64,000 bases of DNA from Schmidtea nova (Eukaryota). This document shows, in pieces, positions 53,101 to 62,700 of this stretch (its first letter is position 1; every line of letters begins with the position of its first letter). The notes under the pieces were generated by a model, which searched no databases, had not been told where the DNA came from, and saw only the letters and a list, made by a program, of their open reading frames with translations. Where the stretch lies: contig CM097882.1 of the NCBI GenBank assembly GCA_044892505.1, positions 119,040,001-119,104,000 of the forward strand, given 5' to 3'. Both the position numbers and the translations under genes were made by a program.

Positions 53101-56100
53101 CTTTTATACTTCTTCTTCCAAGTTTCTTTGTTGGCTGATCCTTCTACCTTCTTCTCTGATCAAGTCTAATAATCTAGTTTTTATCTTTCTTTTCTTAGCT
53201 TCTTCGTGGGTCATTTGACACTGAGTACACGTGTCACATATAGTTCTCGACACCGTGTCTATATTTTGGTGCTTAACACCCTTTCTGTATTCTACGACCA
53301 TATCTAAACTGCTTAAATAATTGATCCAGGTTTGGAATTGTAAAGTAATTAGCTTCTTGGTTGTCATCATAAACGCGATCGCCTTGTGGTCTGTTCTGAG
53401 TGTGAATCTCCTTTCGTAGAGATAGTACTTAAAATGAATGCAAAAGTAGAATACAGCCAATAGTTCCTTCCTTGTAATACAATACCCTTTCTCGTGGCTC
53501 CTCATCGAGTGTGATCCATACGCAATAACTCGTTTCTTTCTATCTTTATCTCTTTGTGAAAGTACCGCCCCAATGGTATCAAAACTGGCATCTGTATCTA
53601 AGATGAACTCCTTTTTCAGATCCGGAAAACATAGGATCGGTGCCGTCGTAAGTGTTCCCTTCAATCCCTCGAACACGCTATTCGTTGCATCCGTCCATTC
53701 CAATTTTTTGTTACTATGGCCGCTACATCCTGGCCTTCTTTGCATACTCGCTAATGAATCTTCTGTAATAATTGCAAATTCCTAAAAAATTTCGGAGTTT
53801 CTTTACGCAACTTGGCTTCCCAAAATTTTCAATCTTAGAAAGATTTGTCTGTAATCCTTCTTTGCTGATTATGTGTCCTAGGAATCTGATTATTTTCTGT
53901 AATATTTGACACTTTTCTGGGTTAATCTTTAGTCCTGCTTTCTCAATCGCCTTTATCACTTCCTCGAATATCGTATAATGTTTTTTTGTACTGCTCGAAT
54001 AAATCAAGATGTCGTCAAAATACACCATGCCGATTACCTTTGTCATCATTTCTTGGAACGTACCTGGTACAGCTGCAATTCCGAATGGCATTCTATTGAG
54101 ACAGTATTGTCCGTTCTTTTTTGAGAAGGCTGTTTTCTCCTGTGATTCTTTGTCTAATTCAACTTGGTAATATGAATTACCTAGGTCGATTGAACTGAAA
54201 AAACGGCTACTCCTAACAAATACAATATCTCGTCTATGTTTGACATTGGAAATGCCTGCCTCTCTGTTACCGCGTTCAGCCGTCTGAAATCCAAGCATAA
54301 CCTTATATTCTTCTTCTCTTTTTTCCATAAACATACTAACGGCATATTCTATGGGGAGTTGCATTTCCTTATAATCCCGTTTTCGCAAAATTTCTGTATT
54401 GCTTCTTCAATCTCTGCTTCAAAATTTAATGGTTGACGATATGGTTGTATATTAGTCGGTTCACCTCTTGTAACTATCTTATGTTTTGCTAAATGCGTGC
54501 AACCCACATCACATTTATCTGCCATGAACACGTTTCCACTGTTCGTTATTATTTCCTTTAGTTTGCTATCTTCATTAATTTTAAGACGTTCCATTGCTCG
54601 TGTCAATCGTTCTTCGTATTTTATTTGTCTACCGAATTTTGCTTCAATGTTACAAATATAGTTCGTGTCTTTTTCACTAGCTTCGATCTTTCCTTTTCGA
54701 CAGCTTATATCCAAATGCTTTTTGTAATTCCACTCCTCCAATCAAATCTGATGTCACTTTCTACGCCACAATGAATGTAACTTCTTTAGAAATATCTCCA
54801 ATAGTTACTTGCACCTTTGTTCTTCCTATTGTCTCTATCGTATTCTCGTTTGCGCATCGTAATTTATCATCGCTCCTCATCAATTGTTGTCATCGTAACT
54901 TGTTAAAACAGTTCACACTCATTACGTTGATTCGTGTCCCGGTATCTAATAAACAGTCGAAAATTTCCCCATTCATCATTACTGTTACACTAGGCTTTCC
55001 ATGTAGCTTGTCATACACAGTTTCTACAGCCTGCCCATTTCAATCGTTCCAATTCTTTCCACTTCCTCTTCAAACTTTTCTCTCTTTAAGAACCTGTATA
55101 CTTTCTCACTTACCGTTCCTACATTTTCCCACTTTTCTACCCTTGAGGATATTCCATCAACTCTTCTGTTAGTATATGGCTCCAACCAACTCCTCTACTG
55201 GTGGAGCCCAGTTGTAGTTGGAGCCTTACTTACTAACTAACTTACTTACTTACTAAACTTCTTACTAAATTTATCTTCATTTGTCTCTACACATTATTCC
55301 TTTTCTTCTTCTTCCTCGATTACATTTATCCAACTGTACCTATTTATTGTCGGTCATTGTTTTTCTATCGTTTTCTTGAGACAAAATTTTGTATAACATT
55401 CTTCGGATCTATGACCATACCATTTTTTACACCGTATTTCCTGACATAACCTTCTTATATGACCTTCTTTCCAACAACCAAAACATTTTTGCGCTTTTTT
55501 TATTTGGACAATTCTTACTTATATGTCCGTTTCTGTGACATGTGCAGCACTCTACTTTTCCTTTTATTGGACAGTCTATTTTCGTATGGCCCATTATGTG
55601 GCATAAAAAATTCTGGTCATTATTTTCTACGGTTTTTTCTCTTTGTTCTTTCTGTTTGTATTGCCTCCATCTCTACGGCTCATGATCTCTTTGTTTCTCA
55701 ACTTTATCCTTAAGAATTAGTGTTTCCTTTATTTCTTCTGTGCTTTTTATCTTTCGTAATATTACTCCTGTCTCAACTTCTTTATTCTTCGCATATACTA
55801 TCAACATCTTTGTTTTTATTTTCTCTTTGGTGAATTCTTTATTCTTGAATAACCTGTTCACAAAGACCTCCACCTTTTTAAAGTACGTTTTCATCTCTTC
55901 ATCTTTTCGCTTTAAATTAAATAAATCTTCCAAAGCCTTTATTACATCTCTTTCGTAATCAAATGCTTTTCGTAACCTGGCTTGAAATCCTTTTGCTTTT
56001 TTAAGTGACTTTGCAGAGAATACCAATAGATCCACGTCGATATTTCTTGTTCTCTGTTATGCGTGATGTCCTTAGCATCGAAGTAGATTTCACATCTTTT

Positions 56101-56679
56101 GATAAACTTCTCCAAGTCATTACCTTGGTAAAACACCTTTGGTAATAATCTTTCGGTAATTGCGTCTGTGTTTACCGTTGCCATCATATTAGGATTTCCC
56201 CCCTTTGAAACTTGACAATTAATTTAAGAGTTACTGAATGAATCCATAAAATTTATTTCAACAAAATTTAAACTTAAACTGGTTTTCATTTATTAAGTTA
56301 TTCAAACAAATTTTAGAATCTTTTTTTCAATTTTTACTTTTAAATTTAAAATCCTTTCTAAATTTTCAATTTAACATTTACAATATTTTGTAACCAATAA
56401 CTTTAAAAATGTTTAGAATCTTCCAGCTTCCCTCATAGTAGTAATAAAAAAATCTTTCTACTTTTTCAATTGTTAGACTTCAGCTCAACAATGAAGGTAA
56501 TGTGTTACATTTACAATGCTGGCAGTTAATGGTTTAGTAACAAGTGGAATATCCTCTTATTTTCATGAAATGACCAAAATGGATCTCAAAATACTTTATA
56601 ATTTCTTACATAATCCTGTAAATATATATTTTATTACTCCACTTCTTTACAAAAATTTATTTAGAAAAATTAGAAAATT

Positions 56680-56745
<66 letters not shown>

Positions 56746-59700
56746 AATAAATATCAGGAGATTAATGGTAAGTCTTTCGATAGTAGAAAAGTTCAAGAGG
56801 GAGGGCCGTGATACATACTATTTATCGATGTATTTAGACATGCATACAAAATAGCATACCCATTTATTGGATCCACGGCTGCATCTATGTTGAAAAAATT
56901 TAACGGGAGTGATGTATGAGTAACTGATTTATTTTTCATATTTATTTGATAGATCTAATAAAAAATAAAATTCTACCCTTTCATTTAAATACATTTCGTT
57001 TACCTTTGAACGGGATAAAATTAAAAGTAATTCATTGAGCCAATCAAAATCCAGCTTAATGATCGGATCCGAGATTTTAAGAGGTAAAAGTGAAGATTTA
57101 GTCGATCGAAAATTATACCATTCCAAAGAGGTTCTGGTTAAAATGTAGAAATCGTATAGACTCCTCCCATAACTTATCGCTATAACAAATAATACAATTT
57201 CATGGCATTCAACATTTTATATAAATATTAAAAAAAATTTTAATTTATAATTTTTTAAGTTTCAAAATTTAATATGCAGTAATTTATTATGCAGTAATGA
57301 ACTGTTTTGCAGTAATCTAAAATTGAAACACCATCTATCCGCAAGGGACGCGACGCCTTAAACCATAATAACATTCTGAGAATAATTAAATAGAAATAGT
57401 TTAGCATTGGGGTATGCCACTAATCCGAAAACTAAAATTAACATTAGAAGAAATACCAAGCTAAAATTTATTAATATGTAAAACGTGTTTTCTCGAATCG
57501 GTTGCATTTTTGTTCTATTGAAATTGTTGCTTTGAATTGAAATGTTAATTGTTCTATTGGAAATTATTGCTTCTGAATTGTAATATTAAAATTGTTCTAT
57601 CGGAAATTGTTCGATTGTAAATTGTCTGCTGAAAATTTCTGGTTAGTGAAATAGTTTTCTTTCTTTTGCTTATCAGGTTCCAAAAAAAAGGTATTCTGTC
57701 TTTTCTTTTTATTATTAAAACAACGTGCACTAAACATGGCCACTATATATATATATATATATATATATTAATATAATTATTTTGATATATATCTATATGT
57801 AATTTAATTAAATTTTATTTACTTTATACATAAATATTTATAATATGAATATGACGGAGGCACTACAAATAGTATTTAATTTTCAGATTAAATAGATTTA
57901 AAAACTATAATAAAATTTAATTTAAAAAATTTAATTTAACATAATAAATTAAATTTAAATATTGAAGTTATTAAATGGCTTGACTATAAATTTCATAATT
58001 AAAAAATCAACCATAAAGAACATGGTTTATGAAACTCTATATTTCACTCAAAACTAAAATTTTAAAATTAAATTTTAAACTGTATTAAGTCCAAAATTTT
58101 ATTTTTATAATACAAGAACAATATAGCTCATATAATATATTGAAAAAGAATATATTTCATATAATATATTGAAAAATGTCAACTCGAAATTTCCAAAAGG
58201 AAATTGTTCATACTATTTTGAACTTTAAGTACCTATATGGACATAAGGTTCAAACTTATAAAACATATTTTAGATATAATTACGTTATGTCTTTAATCCG
58301 AAGTTAATAAATAGTTAAGAATTTATATTGAAATAAGGAAATAACACTAGATTTGACATATAAATATTTTTTTAATTATCCACTTTCAGTGATCGGATCG
58401 ATCTGAAATTTTGATAGTATGCAGTGTTCTCGGCAACGAATCTACTTGCTAAATTTCAGCTCAATACGATAACAGAAAGTAGGTCAATTTGTCTCACAAA
58501 TTTGCGTGGCACATACAAACATTAGCGAATGTTTGAAAATTACAAAATTGCTAAAATATCTTCAAATATAAAAAGAAATTGTTTGAATAATATTAAAATT
58601 TGTATTGTTTTTTAAAAATACTGTTCTTGAAATTATGGATGTTATTAATTCAAGAAACCAAACAAAAAATAAACATAATTTTTTATTTTAAAAACCATGG
58701 ATTTAGAGTGGATTAATTTAGTTTTTATTAATAATTAATTAACAAACTTGGCACTGCCACAACTAATAAATATTAAATAATTAATTAATTCTGCTATCAA
58801 CCAACCGCCCTTTTATATTATTATTTTGCTATTGATATTAAAATTTAACCCTTTGACCGATAGAAGTACATTACTATACACCAATACCTTACTTTGCGTC
58901 CATAATTGGTTTCACAAAAATGCTACGAAAACTGAAGCAGCTTTTTCATGTATTTCCATACAAAAAAATTATTTTGTTCCGGCAATATAATCATTTTAAT
59001 TTAAAAATGTTATTTAATTTAAGAAGGAATGTTAAAAAATAATTAAAGTTTGATGCACAGGAGTCTTGGCACAGGAGCAATAAGTCATCGAGTGAAGAGT
59101 AATCTGATGAGACTTTTTTGCTGATTGAAAACTTTTACCAATACCCCGCTTCTAGTAATTCTATATATAGTATAGCTTTAAGCAATTTAGAAGTCAGAAA
59201 AGAAATTAAAATGAGGAATATCACTAGCAGAAGATATAAAGTTATTATAAAATTAAATCAAATCAAAAAAGAAATCGAAACTGAAATTTAAATTGCTCCA
59301 ATAAAGCATCAGAAACCAATGTATGCCAACATACTATGACTCTTGAGAAATCCTGAAATGAGAAGACAATATAAAACTAGACAGGAAGCTAAATATAAAA
59401 CTTCCGACTGTCCCAACATTAATCGATGACTCTCTCGGGCTCTACAAATCTCTATCACACAACCCACTATAATTCTACATAAACATAATTTACAACACTC
59501 TTTCATTCTCATTCAACCTCATTTTTTTCATTAACAAACAACAACAAAACAACAACAAATCAAATCAAATCAAATGGCATCAAATCAAACAAACCCAAAT
59601 ATTTCACAAACACCCATTGACAACGAAAATACACAACCCCAACACCAAAACAACAATTATTATTACAACCCCGAAAACACACACACCATAAACTCAGTAA

Positions 59701-62700
59701 TCAACCCCAGAACAAATATCCCCAATTATTTCACCGACGACAACGGAACGCCACAAAAATGGTTAGAATTTGCGAAACTAACCTTAACGCTTTCCGGAGT
59801 TAAATCGACAAAGTCCCTATGCTCTAACATCATAGCAGCACTCCCTAGCAACAAGCTAAATGAGATTGCAGACCAAGTAGACGAAATTTCGAAAGATGAT
59901 AACCCGTTCGACAAACTCTGCAACATATTAACAAATAAAAACAAAATTAATAGGACACAATTGTTAGAGTCATGCCTCAATAATACGCAACTAGGCGACA
60001 ACAAACCAACAGATTTTCTCTTCAACTCAAACAAAAATTAGAATACCTCCAACCCAACATCACAAATTCAGGCTGCAAAAAACTAGTGAAAGAATTTTTC
60101 ATGCGCGCTATGCCACCAGAAATTAGACGCATTCTAGCAGCTAGTTGCAACGCGGAGGTAGAAACGCTTGCCGAAATAGCTGACAAGATCAACGAGAAAA
60201 TCTACCCTATAATCTGTAGCACTCAAAGATACAATAAAAACAAAACAAATTACAACAACCTTTCATACAACAAAAATACTGAATCAAACGAACTATCAAA
60301 TAAACTAATAAACACAGTAATTAGCAAATTCGACGAAATAATAGTCGAAACCAAACAAATAAAAGCTGAAATAGCCGAAATGAAAGAAAAATGTAACAAA
60401 AAAAACTTTAAAACTAACCAATCATACGACTGTTACAATAGACACAACTACAACAGAGACCAACCATCAGACGGTCAAAACAGACAATCCTACAATCAAC
60501 CATCAGAATACAACATGCAAAACTACAGCCGCAGTCAATCACCAAACAACAATTACATAAACCGGTCAAACTCCCCAAATCGATTCAACAATTACCGAAA
60601 CAAAAGCCCAGAAAGAGATTCAAGAAATAATTACTTAAACAAAAATCACTGCTATTTCCACAATAAATTCGGGGGAAAAACATTCAAATGCGTACAACCC
60701 TGTGAATTTAATAAAACAGAGCAGGGAAATCAATAAGGTCACCAATGATAGCACCCACATTAGGTGACAAAAACAACACATTTTGGGTACACACAAACAA
60801 CATTGATTTTTTAATAGACACCGGTTCGGTGATGTCATTATTGCCCCATTTTATGTATAAAAATTTTAACAAAACAGAAAAACCATTAACATCAGCTAAC
60901 GGCACAAACATTAAAACTTTCGGGCAGCAAACAATAAATTTAACTATAAACAAAAAAAATTACAACAGGACATTCACAATAGCGGAGGTCTAACAAGCTA
61001 TAATAGGAGCAGACTTCCTAACAAATTAAAACCTCCTAGTGGATTGTAAAAACAAGCAACTAATAGAAAATACTAATGCTACAACACGACAGCACAACAC
61101 GAGCAGTGGAGGAAAACCAAAGATGGACATAGGCGTCATTACAATAAACACAAAAAACAAACTTAATCAGGACAAAATTACACCAGAAATCAACAAAATT
61201 ATGGAACGTTTCAAAGAATTAACTGAACCAGTCCAATTCAACGAGGATTCAGAAAAAACAACTGAACACGCAATAATCACAAACGGAAATCCAGTACACG
61301 CAAAAGTAAGACCACTGAATCCAAAAAAGATAGAAATCACAAAAAACATTTTCAATGAATTGCTAGAAAACAACATCGTAAAACATTCTAACTCAGAGTG
61401 GTCTTCATGCTAAAAAAAGCTAATGGTGAATGGAGAGCTTGCGGCGATTACAGACTATTGAACAAAATAACAGAACCAGACAGCTACTCATTACCTATAA
61501 TAAAAGATATCATAAATAGAATAAATGGCGCAAAATACTTTTCAAAAATAGATCTACAAAGAGCATACCACCAGATCCCAATTAGAAAAGAGGACGTTAA
61601 AAAGACAGCAATAACAACACCAATCGGTATGTTTGAATACAACCTATTTCCTTTCGGTTTACAGAACGCGGCAGCAGCCTTTCAACGATTCATGGACCAA
61701 ACTATGAAAAACAACAAAAACACAATCGCCTACCTGGATGACATCCTAATATCAAGCCCAGACAAATCAACACATCTAAAAGATGTGAAAATGTGTTTGA
61801 AACATTGAACAAAGAAAAACTGAAAATAAACATACAAAAATGTGAATTTATGAAAACTGAAATAAACTTCCTTGGTCCCACACTAAACGACAAAGGAACA
61901 CAACCAATCGAAAATAAAATAAACATCATAAAAAATTGCAAGCTGCCAACAAACACAAGAGAGTTGAGGAGATTTCTGGGAATGGTAAACTTTTACCATT
62001 CTTACATCCCAAACTGCAGTAAATTACTAGCACCATTAAATGACATTATCAAAACAAAATTAAATTTCACAATAAACTGGACTCAATAAACAACCGAAAC
62101 ATTTGAGAAAGCCAAAGAAAGTCTTTCAACGGCAACACTACTCGGATATCCAAACCCAGAAATAGAATATCAATTAACAACAGACTGCTCAGGTTTTGCA
62201 ATGGGCGCAACAATTTTCCAGGAAAACCAATTCGGAAAACAACCACTCAGATTCTTCTCTAAAAAGCTAGTCACACCAAACAAGATATTCGACTTTTGAC
62301 AGAGAACTCCTAGCAATACATGAAGCTATCAAACACTTTCAACATTTACTCAAAGGGCGAACCTTTAAAATATTCACTGACCACAAACCGCTAACAAACG
62401 CAATAGAGATGAAAAATTCTTCGCCAAGGCAGATTAGACAAATCAATTTTATTGCACAATTCAATTGCACAATAAACATAGCAGCAGACGCCTTATCCAG
62501 ATTCGAAAGTGACATAAACTCCCTGGAATTCGGAGAAATAATTGATTTGGATCAAATCAAATCCAAACAAAACGAAACAATAAACAAACTCCCTACTAAA
62601 CACAGCCTGAAACTGCAGGAACTTAGCGGAGTATGGCACGATGTATCCAACGAAAGCAACAAAAGAATTCTACTACCCGAAGAATTCCGCCAAAAATGCA

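Larger units (their letters stand above)
2716..57768. repeat. Dispersed (TA)n microsatellites (about 2716, 4391, 5670, 8580, 8996, 29406, 33165, 39020, 44134, 56681, 57745)
   Basis: Pure TA runs of roughly 20-70 bp; the span given is first to last tract, not one continuous feature. Confidence 0.97.

Noticed and set aside
57330-57360. TCC GCAA GGG as a third copy of the GCAA hairpin motif
   Set aside because: Only a 3-bp stem, and the GGGTT/TAATGAC flanks are absent.
59105-59150. CTGATGA...GAAA hammerhead-like core
   Set aside because: Stem II does not pair and no stems I/III; expected by chance in AT-rich DNA.
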